Assembly: GCA_963809035.1 (NCBI GenBank)
Contig: CAWEHV010000002.1
Location: 1,932,570-1,996,569 of the forward strand
From: an uncultured Thermoplasmata archaeon
GTDB lineage: Archaea; Thermoplasmatota; Thermoplasmata; Lutacidiplasmatales; UBA184
Direction: 5' to 3'
DNA: 64,000 bases
Part shown: in pieces, positions 29,927 through 41,065 of the stretch
Layout: every line of letters starts with the position of its first letter
Numbering within the stretch: the first letter of the stretch is position 1
The notes under the pieces: model-generated
Told to the model about the DNA's origin: nothing
What the model saw: only the letters and a program-made list of their open reading frames with translations
Database searches by the model: none
Position numbers and translations under genes: made by a program

Positions 29927-30221
29927 TTCCGGGTTCGTTTGGAAGGAGTACGAGCTCGCGACCGCCACCGCCCTCGCGGGGGTCTTCGCCCTGGTGCTTG
30001 GGCTGGTGGCCTGGATCCTCTCGGCGACCGGTCTCAACGGGTACATCCCGTTCGGCCTCGGGCTCGCGGGCATCGTCGGGAGCGTCTTCCTGATCCAGCG
30101 GATTCGATCGAACTCGAGGTACTACACCAAGGGAGATTGGGCGGGCCTCATCGCGCTCGAGTTCTTCGGGTGGCTCGCGATCTGGTTCCTCTTGTTGAAC
30201 ATTTCCCCGACCGGGCTCTAG
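29856..30221 (+). CDS. Conserved small membrane protein (3 TM)
   Basis: Charged N-terminus FEFPQFD followed by three hydrophobic helices. Confidence 0.7.
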   Translation: MAKKARKKMEEDAIPAFEFPQFDDSGFVWKEYELATATALAGVFALVLGLVAWILSATGLNGYIPFGLGLAGIVGSVFLIQRIRSNSRYYTKGDWAGLIALEFFGWLAIWFLLLNISPTGL

Positions 30222-30222
30222 T

Positions 30223-31635
30223 TCATCGAGGTTCCAGCCAGGGCAACCGGCGCTCGACGAGCTCGCGAAGCGCCTCCGACAGTGCGGGGCTGTCCGATTC
30301 GGCCGAGAGGGGACGCACGGTGACCCGACTGGCGTCCTTCGGGGTCAGGTCGCGCCCGAGGGACAGGCGGGGGAGCATGGAGCGGATCACGGGTTCGACC
30401 TCGCGGTCCGTGCGCCGCGAGTCCACCCCCAGGCTGCCGTCGACCCGGACGTACGGGCCTTGGAGGACGGGAGCGTCTGGCGCCGTCCACTTGTCGAGGA
30501 ACTGCCCGACCCGGTCGAGCCCGGCCGGCGGTCCGTCCTGCGCTCGAACCGCGGGACGGTGGGGGTGACCGACCTCGATGGCGATCACGACGCGGGCCGC
30601 CTCCACGGCGGAGGCGGACCCGACCACCTCGAACCCGGAACGTCCGACCTCCTCGGCGATCGCCCGTTCGGCCTTGCGGACCTGTGGGTAGAGGGTATCG
30701 TCGACGAGGTCAGGTCGGGGGAGGGAAACGACCGTGACGTGCGTCCCCCGTTCGTGCACTCGGGCGATCGCCGCTTCGCGGGGAAACGGCCGCGGAGCGC
30801 GCACCTCGAACCAGGGCTCGGCCGGGTGGTCGAGGTACGCGCCGGCGGCGAGGATCAGGAGGGCCAGGTTCCGTCGGGACAGTGCGCTCGCGACGTTCCG
30901 GTGCGGGTCGACCGGATCGGCGAGGATGAGAGCGACCTCCGCCGGGAGTCGCGGTGGGTCGCGCCCGGCATCCTCGAGGCGTACGGGAATGCGCCAGGAT
31001 CGGGCGGCTCCGAGGAGTCCCTGGAGCGAGCCGAACCGGAGCACCAGGAGCTCGACGAGGTACCCCGAAAAACCTTCGGTCCGGGATTCCGACCCGTAGA
31101 CCCCGAGCGAGCGGAAGAACTGCTTCGAGAGGCGGACCTGCGCGACAAGCTCCGGGGTCTCCCGCGCGGAGAGGTACTGCTGGTGGAACGGGGTCCGGTC
31201 GACCGGAGAGAGCGGTCGTGACGGGTCGGTGATCGCGAACCCGGGGACGGCATCGACGTTGAACCCCTCGAACCGACCGCGCAGGTAGGGATGTTCGGCG
31301 TACCGGGTCTCCGGGTCGGAAAGGACCGCACGACCCAGGGCGAGCCCCTCCTCTCGGAGCCGGTCGCGGGAAAGCTCCGGTGGGAAGAGGAGGAAGAGGT
31401 CGATGTCGAGCCGGTCGGACAGGTAGGTCCCGCGGGCCGCGCTTCCCGCTACCAGGGCGCGCACGAGGGGGCTCGAGCGTTCCTCGGCGGCAGAACGAAC
31501 CCGGTCGACGAGCTCAGTGCGGACCCGCGCCACGCGCTCCTGCATCTCGGGCGTCGGCGAGACCCGCTCGGAGACCTGGAGCTCGAGCCGGTCGGCCTCG
31601 GGATTCGGCCCAGCGGGCCGACGCGCACCCTGCAC
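30223..31635 (-). CDS. cca: Archaeal CCA-adding enzyme
   Basis: GSAARGTYL...DIDLF, YAEHPY, VDRTPFH, GFSGYLVELL, DPVDPHRNVA. Confidence 0.93.
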   Translation of the reverse strand: MQGARRPAGPNPEADRLELQVSERVSPTPEMQERVARVRTELVDRVRSAAEERSSPLVRALVAGSAARGTYLSDRLDIDLFLLFPPELSRDRLREEGLALGRAVLSDPETRYAEHPYLRGRFEGFNVDAVPGFAITDPSRPLSPVDRTPFHQQYLSARETPELVAQVRLSKQFFRSLGVYGSESRTEGFSGYLVELLVLRFGSLQGLLGAARSWRIPVRLEDAGRDPPRLPAEVALILADPVDPHRNVASALSRRNLALLILAAGAYLDHPAEPWFEVRAPRPFPREAAIARVHERGTHVTVVSLPRPDLVDDTLYPQVRKAERAIAEEVGRSGFEVVGSASAVEAARVVIAIEVGHPHRPAVRAQDGPPAGLDRVGQFLDKWTAPDAPVLQGPYVRVDGSLGVDSRRTDREVEPVIRSMLPRLSLGRDLTPKDASRVTVRPLSAESDSPALSEALRELVERRLPWLEPR

Positions 31636-31744
31636 ACGCGCCCGACCCCACCGCGGGGGATGAACCTTCGGCTCGAGGTCGGGTGGACTTTACGGCAGGG
31701 TTAATGCGCGTCTCGCCCTTAGAATGGGGGAAGGTGAACGCGCG

Positions 31745-32800
31745 ATGGCACACCCCGCCCTCCTCTACAAGCCGATGGCCGGCGGCAAGGTTCAGTGCAC
31801 CGCCTGCGCGCGGTACTGCACCATCCCGTCCGGATCCCATGGGTTCTGCTTCGTTCGCAAGAACGTGGAGGGGAAGCTGGAGTTGCTCTCGTACGGCAAG
31901 GCGGCCGCGACCCAGGTCGACCCGGTCGAGAAGAAGCCGCTCTCGCACTTCCATCCGGGAACGCGGGTCTTTTCGATTGGCACGGTGGGGTGTAATTGGC
32001 GCTGCCTCTACTGCCAGAACGCTGAGATCTCCCAGGAGCAGGAGATCCTCGGCCGTCCCCTGTCCCCCGCCGACGCCGTCGCCGCGGCCCTCCGGTACGG
32101 TTGCGCCGGCGTGACGTTCACCTACAACGAACCGACGATCTTCATCGAGTACGCCCTCGACATCATGAAGGAGGCGCGCGCGGCGGGCCTCTTTGCGAAC
32201 TTCGTGACGAACGGCTACATGACCCCCGAGGCGACCGAACTGCTCGGGCCCCACCTCGACGCGATCAGTGTCGATTTCAAAGGGAGTGGCGAAGCCGGGT
32301 TCCTGCGCAAGTACGTCGCCGCCAAGGGACCGGAACCGATCTGGGCGACGATGGCCGATCTACACCGGCGCGGGGTGCACGTCGAAGTGACCGACCTGAT
32401 CGTCCCGGAGGTGGGGGAGTCGGTCGAGGCGACGCGCGAGCTCGCGCGACGGGTGCGGGACGACCTCGGGCCCTCGACCCCCTTCCATCTGCTCCGGTTC
32501 CACCCCGACTTCAAGATGATGGAGTTCCCCGAGACTCCCGTCCGGACCCTCGAGAAACTGCACGCCGTCGTGAAGGCCGAGGGACTCGAGTACGTCTACC
32601 TCGGCAACGTCTGGGGCCACCCGCTCGAGCACACCTACTGCCCGGCGTGCGGTGCGATCGCGGTGCGTCGCTACGGATTCACGATCCAGTCCTGGAACCT
32701 CGACGCGCAGAACCGGTGCCGCGCCTGTGGCCACGCGATCCCGATCGTCGGACGCCTGTCGCGGGAGTACGTCCCGACCTTCGCGACTCCCGTGACCTGA
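31745..32800 (+). CDS. AmmeMemoRadiSam system radical SAM enzyme
   Basis: CTACARYC, DPVEKKPLSHF, GCNWRCLYCQN, TYNEP, YVYLGNV, C-terminal CPAC/CRAC. Confidence 0.9.
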   Translation: MAHPALLYKPMAGGKVQCTACARYCTIPSGSHGFCFVRKNVEGKLELLSYGKAAATQVDPVEKKPLSHFHPGTRVFSIGTVGCNWRCLYCQNAEISQEQEILGRPLSPADAVAAALRYGCAGVTFTYNEPTIFIEYALDIMKEARAAGLFANFVTNGYMTPEATELLGPHLDAISVDFKGSGEAGFLRKYVAAKGPEPIWATMADLHRRGVHVEVTDLIVPEVGESVEATRELARRVRDDLGPSTPFHLLRFHPDFKMMEFPETPVRTLEKLHAVVKAEGLEYVYLGNVWGHPLEHTYCPACGAIAVRRYGFTIQSWNLDAQNRCRACGHAIPIVGRLSREYVPTFATPVT

Positions 32801-33596
32801 GCGCTCCCGCCCGACGCCTCCGTCCCGCCCATCCGGGAACGGGCACCGCCTCCACCACGAGATGGAGCGGGATCTCCACCAGGAACGGGGCCTGAGGGCT
32901 CTTCCGGATCGCCTCGGGTTCGGGGGACGGCTCCTCCATGCGCACCACGGCCAATCCCGCTGCGCGAAGGTACCGGAGGTAGGTGGGCAGCGGCCGATGG
33001 TAGGAGAGCGTGTAGGCGGTCTCCTTCTCCGAGATCTTCCACGGAACCCGGACCACCTTCTCTTCTCGGTACCCGCTCACCTTGCGAAAGACGGTGATCT
33101 CCAACCGATCACCTTCGACGACCCACATCGACTGAAGATCGATGTCGAAACAGGGATGGTTGATGGAGAAGACGAATCGTCCCCGGTCGGCGAGCACGCG
33201 GCCGACCTCCCTCACCGTCCCCTTCGCGTCCTCGATGTCCATGAGCGACATGTGGGCGACGACGAGATCGAACGAGCCGTCCCCGAACGCCTTGAGGCGG
33301 GCCGCGTCCTGACCTACGAATCGTGCTCCCGATGGCCGTCGCATCTCCCGCCTCCGGGCGAAGCGCAGATTCGCGTCCGAGAGGTCCACCCCGACGGATT
33401 CGACCGCTCCCTCGCGGGCCCAGCGGCGCGTCAGATATCCGTTCCCGCAGCCGAGGTCGAGGACGCGGAGGCCCCGCACCCGCCCCACTACGGCGAGAAG
33501 GGTCGGGTCGATGATGGCACGGTGCCAGAGATCCCCGTGCTCGCCCATCCGGTAATCCCGCCAGGCGGCGAGGTCATCCCACCCCTCCTTCGCCAT
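32679..33596 (-). CDS. Class I SAM-dependent methyltransferase
   Basis: VLDLGCGNG, FDLVVAHMSLMD, FSINHPCF. Confidence 0.88.
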   Translation of the reverse strand: MAKEGWDDLAAWRDYRMGEHGDLWHRAIIDPTLLAVVGRVRGLRVLDLGCGNGYLTRRWAREGAVESVGVDLSDANLRFARRREMRRPSGARFVGQDAARLKAFGDGSFDLVVAHMSLMDIEDAKGTVREVGRVLADRGRFVFSINHPCFDIDLQSMWVVEGDRLEITVFRKVSGYREEKVVRVPWKISEKETAYTLSYHRPLPTYLRYLRAAGLAVVRMEEPSPEPEAIRKSPQAPFLVEIPLHLVVEAVPVPGWAGRRRRAGALRSRESRRSGRTPATGVRRSGSRGHRRGTGSARRGSRTGS

Positions 33597-33756
33597 CGGT
33601 CCCTCCAGCAGGTGCCCGGCGGGAATACTTATTCGCGCGGTGCGCGAGTCCCGCGTCCCTCCGGCCCGCCCGGAATGCGACCACGTCCCCGGCCACGGCC
33701 AAGCCCCCCTCGTCCCGACGCACTCCCAAATACCCCTCCTTGCACTCCCCCTCCCG

Positions 33757-34506
33757 GTGGCGTCGGCAAGCGGAATCAGGGGGGGCGCGCGGCCGTCCAC
33801 CGTCGACGGATGGTCGGACCCGCGCCGTCTCTACTGGTTGGTGGTTGGAGGGATCCTCCTCTACATGGTCCTCGACGTCGTGGCCCAGCTCCTTCCGCCG
33901 CACTACAGCCCCATCACGCAGGCGGAGAGCGACCTCGCGGTCGGACCGTTCGGGTTCGTGATGACGCTCAATTTCATCAATCGCGGGGTGCTCTCTCTGG
34001 TGTTTCTCTACGCCCTGGTCCGAACGGTCCGCCTCGAAGAACGTGGGTCGGCTCCGCTCCGGAGCGGGGTCGTTTTCTTTACGATCTGGTCGGTCGGCGC
34101 GTTGATCCTGGCGGCGTTCCCCACGGACGTCCCCAATCTTCCCCTCTCCTGGCATGGCGCGGTCCACCTCGTCGTCGCCCTGGTCGCGTTCTTCGGCGGT
34201 GCGGTCGGCGCCTTTGCCCTCGCCGACCATTTTGGCGAGAGTTCGTCGCTTCGGGCGGCGAAACGGTTCGCGTTCCCTTTCGCGATCCTCGTGGTCCTCC
34301 TCTTCGTGGTCGAGATCACAGCGGGGTTCGCCGTCCCACGGATTGCGACTCACTACGGGGGGCTGACCGAGCGGCTATTCCTCGGATCCCTGCTCGCCTG
34401 GATGTTCGTCGTTTCCGTCCACCTGGCCCGTCGCCCGGGTCCGGCGCCGGTGACCGTCCGGAACGAGAGCTCCGTCGTAGAGCCCCCTCCGCATCGAGTG
34501 GCCTGA
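33757..34506 (+). CDS. DUF998-like membrane protein
   Basis: HYSPITQAESDLAVGPFG, AFPTD, GLTERLF; about 5 TM; start approximate. Confidence 0.75.
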   Translation: MASASGIRGGARPSTVDGWSDPRRLYWLVVGGILLYMVLDVVAQLLPPHYSPITQAESDLAVGPFGFVMTLNFINRGVLSLVFLYALVRTVRLEERGSAPLRSGVVFFTIWSVGALILAAFPTDVPNLPLSWHGAVHLVVALVAFFGGAVGAFALADHFGESSSLRAAKRFAFPFAILVVLLFVVEITAGFAVPRIATHYGGLTERLFLGSLLAWMFVVSVHLARRPGPAPVTVRNESSVVEPPPHRVA

Positions 34507-34562
34507 CCTGCCGAGCGGAGCCTCGGACCTTCGGGGGCCCGGGCCAGGGCGTGGGGCCGGTC

Positions 34563-35378
34563 TCAGGGCGGGGGCAGCCCAAAAAGTCCGGCGGCATTTC
34601 CGTAGAAGATCGCCCCGAGCTCGGACTCGGTGAAGCCGAGCGAGACGACCGCCTCGACCGCCGTCCTCGGTTCGTCGAGGGGGTAGTCGCTGCCGAAGAG
34701 GAGCCGGTCCGTGCCCACTTTCCGGCACACCCAGGCGAACTGCTCTGCGAAGGGGCCGCCCGCCAGCAGGCTCGCGGTGGCCGAAAGGTCGACCCAAACG
34801 TTCCGCTTCCACCAGGGGTACCTCGCCAGAATCTCGTAGACAAGCAGGTCGGAGAACCGGTTCCCGTGAGCGTGGGCAAGGATGATGCGGGCCTCCGGAA
34901 CCTGCATGGCGAGCAGGACAAACTTGCCGGCCTGGTCCGCGTCGAACGGAGAATAGGCGTCGAACAGCACTGGCAACTTCCGCTCCGCGGCCCGTTGGAC
35001 CACCGCCGTGATGGCCGGATCCGCGACGTCGAACTTCTGGGTGTTCGGGTGGAGCTTGAGTCCTCGCGCGCCCGCCGTCGCGACGCGATCTACCTCGGAC
35101 AGCGCCTCGGCGCCGTCAGCGGGATGGACCGAGCACATAGAAAAGAATCGTCCGGCCGACTCCTTCGCTAACGCAAGCACCTTGTCGTTGAGAGCCCGGG
35201 TCCGGGGAAGGTCCGCCGGGGGGGCTATCACCAGGGCCCCCGCGAACCGGAAGTCCATCCCTTCGACCTTCCGCCAGTACTCCTCCGAAGGGTGCGGGAG
35301 GGCCACTATCGGCGCCTCACCGGGGAGCATCGGATGCGAGTGGACATCCACAATCGGGCCGCGGTAGGATCCCGGCAT
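34563..35378 (-). CDS. Amidohydrolase family 2 protein
   Basis: DVHSH, GLKLHP, LAHAHG, LFGSDYP. Confidence 0.88.
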   Translation of the reverse strand: MPGSYRGPIVDVHSHPMLPGEAPIVALPHPSEEYWRKVEGMDFRFAGALVIAPPADLPRTRALNDKVLALAKESAGRFFSMCSVHPADGAEALSEVDRVATAGARGLKLHPNTQKFDVADPAITAVVQRAAERKLPVLFDAYSPFDADQAGKFVLLAMQVPEARIILAHAHGNRFSDLLVYEILARYPWWKRNVWVDLSATASLLAGGPFAEQFAWVCRKVGTDRLLFGSDYPLDEPRTAVEAVVSLGFTESELGAIFYGNAAGLFGLPPP

Positions 35379-35679
35379 GGGGTTTGACCGTGCGATACCC
35401 GGGCCGGCTCTGCCGATATAGCTGACTCACGCCGTGAAAGCGGAACCAGCGCCTCTTCGAGAACGCCGTCCGCGCGTAGGGTCGAACCGCTCCCCGCGGG
35501 GTGATCGAGGGGTCTCGACGGCCAGGCAGCCGGGTTCTTCTTTATCCCCGACGCGTCTTGGGTGCCCCGGAGGACCTGGATCGAGTTCGCGAGGGTGGCA
35601 CGGCGTCGCGCGAGGCCGGCCCGAGCCTCGCCCCCCTAGGCGCTCTTCCGATCCTTCTGCACGGGTCCGACCGACAACC

Positions 35680-37696
35680 ATGACCGACCTGGATACGACG
35701 TGCGTCAACACCCTACGGTTCCTTGCGGTCGACTCGGTGGAGAAGGCCAGGTCGGGCCACCCGGGGCTTCCGCTCGGCGCCGCGCCGATGGCCTACGTCC
35801 TGTGGGATCGGTTCCTTCGGCATAATCCGGCCGACCCCCAATGGCCGAACCGGGACCGGTTCATCCTCTCGGCCGGCCACGGGTCGGCCCTCCTCTATGC
35901 CCTCCTCCACGTCACGGGGTACGACCTGCCCCTCGAAGAACTTCAGCGGTTCCGACAGTGGGGGAGCCGCACTCCGGGCCACCCGGAACACGGACTCACG
36001 CCCGGTGTCGAGGCGACCACGGGCCCGTTGGGCCAGGGATTTGCGATGGGCGTCGGGATGGCGATCGCGGAACGCCACCTCGCAGCCACGTTCAACCGGG
36101 AAGAGCTCCCGATCGTTGACCACTATACCTACGGGATCGTCTCCGACGGGGATCTCATGGAAGGGATCTCCTCCGAGGCGGCCTCCCTAGCGGGAACGCT
36201 CGGTTTGGGAAAGCTGGTCTATCTCTACGACGACAACCACGTCTCCCTCGAAGGCCCCACCGTATGGGCGTTCACCGAGAGCGTGCCCGAACGCTTCGAG
36301 GCCTACGGCTGGCAAACTCTTCGCGTACCGGATGGGAACGACCTCGGGGCGATCGAGGCCGCGCTGAACGCGGCTCGCGCCGAAGCCGGACGCCCCTCCC
36401 TCATCTGCGTTCGGACCCACCTCGGGTACGGGAGCCCGGTCCAGGACACGCGGGAAGCTCATGGGGAACCGCTCGGGCCGGCGAACTTGAAGGCGACGAA
36501 GGAGACGCTCGGCTGGCCGCTCGAGCCGATGTTCCTCGTTCCCGAAGAGGCCCGCGCCCACTTCCTCGCGGCCCGCGGCCGGGGTTCTCGGTGGCAGACG
36601 GAGTGGGAGACACGGCGCGATCAGTACCCGGTCGAGGTACTCCGCCGACGCCAAGACCTGGGAGGACCAATCGGCCGGTCGGCTCCCGGCGGGATGGGAC
36701 TCGACCATTCCCGTCTTTGCTCCCAGCACCGGCCCCATGGCGACCCGGGACGCGTCGCAGAAATTCCTGGACACCGTGGGCCCGAGGTTGCCGGCCCTTC
36801 TCGGAGGGGCGGCCGACCTTTCGCCGTCGACCAAGACCCTTCTGTCCGGGTCGTCGGACTACTCCGCCCAGGACGGGGCCGGTCGCAATTTCCACTTCGG
36901 GGTCCGCGAGCACGCGATGGTGGCGATCCTGAACGGGATGGCCCTTCATGGGGGACTCATCCCGTACGGCGGCACGTTCCTGACCTTCTCCGATTACGCA
37001 CGGGGGAGTCTCCGCCTCGCAGCGCTCCAAGAAACCCATATCGTGCTCGTGTTCACTCACGATAGCATCGGTATGGGCGAGGATGGACCGACCCACCAAC
37101 CGGTCGAGCAGCTCGTGAGCCTGCGGGCGCTCCCCCACCTGAGAGTGATCCGACCGGCGGATGCCAACGAGACCGCGGCCGCCTGGCGGGTCGCCCTCGA
37201 ACGCCCAGGCCCGACCGCCCTCGTGTTCAGCCGACAGAAATTGCCGGTCCTCGACCCCGCGACGTACCCGATCGCTTCCGGCGTCCCTCGGGGAGGGTAC
37301 GTGCTGGCAGAGGCGAGCGACGGATCGCCGCAAGTGATCCTTATCGCGACCGGATCCGAGGTGTCGCTCGCGCTCGCTGCGCAGGAGCACCTCCAGAAGA
37401 CCGGCGTGCCCACCCGGGTCGTCTCCCTGCCGTCATGGGAGCTCTTCGAAGAGCAACCCTCGCCCTATCGAGAGTCGGTCCTACCGGCCGCGACCTCGAA
37501 GGTCTCGGTCGAAGCCGGGGTCACTCTCGGATGGGCGCGGTACGTCGGAGCGGACGGGGCATCGATCGGCGTGGACCGGTTCGGCGCCTCCGCCCCGGGC
37601 CCGGTCGTGCAGCGGGAGTTGGGTTTCACCGTCGAGCACATCGTCGAAGTGGTCCAACGGGTCCTCGCGACCCGAGCGAGAGGGACCTCACCATGA
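35680..37696 (+). CDS. tkt: Transketolase, bacterial single-chain type; frameshift at 36627-36629
   Basis: [59 protein letters not shown]. Confidence 0.93.
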
Positions 37697-40447
37697 CCCG
37701 ATTGGCCGAACTCCTGGCGGCGGGACAATCCCCCTGGCTCGATTACATCCGACGGAGCCTCTTGACGAGTGGCGAACTCCGTCGAATGGTGGAGGTCGAC
37801 GGGATCACCGGAGTTACGATCAATCCCACCATCTTCGACAAGGCGATCGCAGGGAGCCAGGATTACGATGAGGCGCTCAAGGCGCTGCTCGCTCGGGAAC
37901 CCGCCCTCTCCGCGGCCGAGCTGTACGAACGCCTGGCCGTGGAGGACGTCACCCGCGCGGCCGACGTCCTTCGCTCCGTCTTCGACCGCACGGATGGGAG
38001 GGACGGCTTCGTCAGCCTCGAGGTCTCGCCGCGCCTGGCCCACGACACCGCGGGGACCTTGGTGGAGGCGCGGCGCCTCTGGGCCGCCGTCAACCGACCC
38101 AACCTACTGATCAAAGTGCCGGCGACCCCGGAGGGGATCCCCGCCATCGAGGACTTGCTCGGGTCGGGGATCAACGTCAACATCACGCTGATGTTCTCGA
38201 TTGCGCACTACGAAGCGGTCGCCCAAGCGTATCTCCGCGGACTCGCCCGTGCTCCCGACCCGACTCGTCTCGCTTCGGTGGCGTCCATCTTTGTGAGCCG
38301 GATCGACACCGCGGTCGACAAGCTCCTTGACGCGACCGGCGCCGGAGGCGAAGGATCTGAGAGGTCAGATCGGGATCGCCAACTGCCGCGTCGTCTACGC
38401 CCGTTTCCTCGAGATATTCCATGGCCTCGAGTTCACCTCCTGGGCGGGAAAGGGAGCGCGGCCCCAGCGGGTGCTCTGGGCGAGCACGAGCGCCAAGGAC
38501 CCGGCCTACCGGGATACGATGTACGTCGAGGAGCTCGTCGGGCCCGAGACGATCAACACGATCCCGCCGGCCACGCTCACCGCCTTCGAGGACCATGGCG
38601 TGGTCCGGCCCGATGCGGTCGCGCATGGCCTCCCCGAGGCCCGCGACCGGCTCGCTCGGCTCGCGCGGATCGGAATCGACCTCGCAAAGGTGAACGACGA
38701 CCTCCAGGTGGAAGGGGTCGCGCTGTTCAGCGCCTCCTACGAACATCTGCTGAGTTCGCTCGACGCGAAGAAGACCGCGCTCCTCGCGAGCGCCCTCGAC
38801 CCTCAGACGTGGAGCGTCGGAGCCGACTCCCCTCGGATCGCCGCGCGGCTGGACACTTGGCAAGGAGCGCACGTGGGGGAGCGCGTATGGCAGTGCGACC
38901 CGAGCCTGTGGCCCGCGGCGCCCCCGCGGGACGTCACTCAGCGGATGGGGTGGCTCCATCTGCCCGAGACGATGCATCACGAGCTCGACGAGCTCAACGC
39001 GTTCGCGGTAGAGGTACGCGCGGAGGGGATTCGGCATATCGTCGTCCTGGGGATGGGGGGTTCGAGCCTCGCTCCCGACGTCTTCGCTCGGATGTTCGGC
39101 CACCGGGCCGGCTACCCCGAGCTCCTAGTACTGGACAGCACGCATCCCGATTCCGTGACCGCGATCCACCGGCGGATCGACCCGCTCCACACCCTGTTCG
39201 CGGTGTCGAGCAAATCCGGAACTACGACCGAACCGCTGTCCTTCTTCCACTACTTCTGGGATGTACTTCGGACCCTAGGTGTTCCACCGGGTCGTCACTT
39301 CATCGCCATCACCGACCCAGGAACGCCCCTGGAGCAGCTGGCCAAGGACCGACACTTTCGCGAGACGTTCCTCGCAGTCCCGACCGTGGGAGGTCGGTAC
39401 TCCGCGCTCACGCACTTCGGACTGGTCCCCGCCGCGCTCGCCGGGGTCGACGTTCGGACGCTCCTCGACCGGGCGCGCAGTATGACCGAGACATGCGCGG
39501 CTTCGGTACCGGTCCCGCAGAACCCGGGTCTCCGCCTGGGGGCGGTCCTCGGCGAGCTGGGCAGCCACGGGCGAGACAAGCTCACGTTCTACGCCTCCCA
39601 CGGTTTTGCGCCGTTCCCCGACTGGGTGGAGCAACTGGTCGCGGAGAGCACGGGGAAGATGGGTCGCGGGATCGTGCCGGTGGTGGGCGAGCCCTGTCTC
39701 CCGCCGGAGAACTACGGCACCGACCGAGTCTTCGTGACGATCGAGGAAGGCGACCAACCCGACCCCGTGCTGACCGCGCACGTGGCGCGACTCGAGGCCG
39801 CGGGCCACCCGATCGTGCGCCTCCGTGTCCCCGACAATTCGGACCTGGGCCAGGAGTTCTTCCGCTGGGAGTTTGGCGTGGCCGCTGCGGGAATGATCCT
39901 CGGTATCGACCCGTACGACCAGCCTGATGTGGAGTTCGCCAAGGAGCTCGCGCGCAAGGCGATGGCCCAGCCGGCCGGCGCGGGATCGGCTGCGGCGGTA
40001 CCCACGACCATCGCATCCGACGTGCCGGAACTTCATCGGGCGGTACAGGAGTGGACCTCCGTGGGCCGCCCGGGCGACTACGTGGGCATCCAGGCCTACC
40101 TGGCCCCCACCGCGGAGACGCGGGGGGCCCTCGAGGCGCTCCGCCGCCGCGTCCTCGAGCGGCAGCACGTCGCCACCACGCTCGGGTTCGGGCCCCGGTT
40201 CCTCCACTCGACCGGACAGCTCCACAAGGGAGGACCTCCTTCCGGCCGGTTCCTGCAGATCGTCGACGCGCCCAAGCACGACCTCGCGGTCCCCGACACC
40301 GACTACACGTTCGGCCAGCTCATCCGGGCCCAGGCTCTCGGGGACTACCAGGCCCTCCGCCAGAAGGACCGTCGTGTCCTGCGGGTCGACCTCGGAGCGG
40401 ACGTTCCGGGAGGGCTTGCGCGACTGACCGAGGCCCTCGATGGCTAA
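37693..40447 (+). CDS. Bifunctional transaldolase/glucose-6-phosphate isomerase; frameshift at about 38331-38345
   Basis: GQSPWLD, NPTIF, IKVPAT, NITLMFS, WASTS (Tal) plus [36 protein letters not shown] (Pgi). Confidence 0.9.
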
Positions 40448-41054
40448 GGTCTCGCTGCTCCTGTGGGATGTCGGTGGGGTGCTCTTGTCCAACGGATGGG
40501 ATCGGGCCGGGCGCGTTGCTGCCGCGGAGCATTTCCACCTCGACGCGGACGGCCTCGAGCGTCGGCACGAGCTCGTGGCCGAGGCGTTCGAGACCGGACA
40601 GCTCGGCCTGGACCAGTACCTTGCGACCACCGTGTTCGAAGTGCCTCGTCCGTTCACCTCCGCGGAGTTCCGCGCGTTCATGTGGGCGCGCTCGCACCCG
40701 AACGACCCCGCGATCGCCTGCGCCCGATCGCTCCGGAAGGGAGGACACTACGTGATGGTCGCGCTCAACAATGAGTCGAAGGAGTTGAACGAGTACCGGA
40801 TCGCCGCCTTTCACCTTCGCGACGTCTTCCACGCGTTCTTGAGTTCGTGCTATACCGGCCGACGCAAGCCGGAACCCGAGGCGTACCAGTACGCCCTCCA
40901 GGTCACCCAACATGAATCCGACGAGGCCCTCCTCCTCGACGATCGACGCGAGAACGTCGACGCGGCTGCTCGGCTCGGCCTCCGCACGCTGTGGGTGCGG
41001 AACTCCGGGCAGGTCCGGGAAGAGCTCGCCTCGGAAGGGATCGTCGCGGAGTGA
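40440..41054 (+). CDS. HAD-family phosphatase
   Basis: WDVGGVL, RKP, LDDRRENV. Confidence 0.88.
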   Translation: MAKVSLLLWDVGGVLLSNGWDRAGRVAAAEHFHLDADGLERRHELVAEAFETGQLGLDQYLATTVFEVPRPFTSAEFRAFMWARSHPNDPAIACARSLRKGGHYVMVALNNESKELNEYRIAAFHLRDVFHAFLSSCYTGRRKPEPEAYQYALQVTQHESDEALLLDDRRENVDAAARLGLRTLWVRNSGQVREELASEGIVAE

Positions 41055-41065
41055 GGAGGAGACCG

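Noticed and set aside
34530-34560. att-like repeat of the tRNA-Leu(CAA) 3' end (GGGCCAGG)
   Set aside because: Only about 8 matching GC-rich bases, expected by chance
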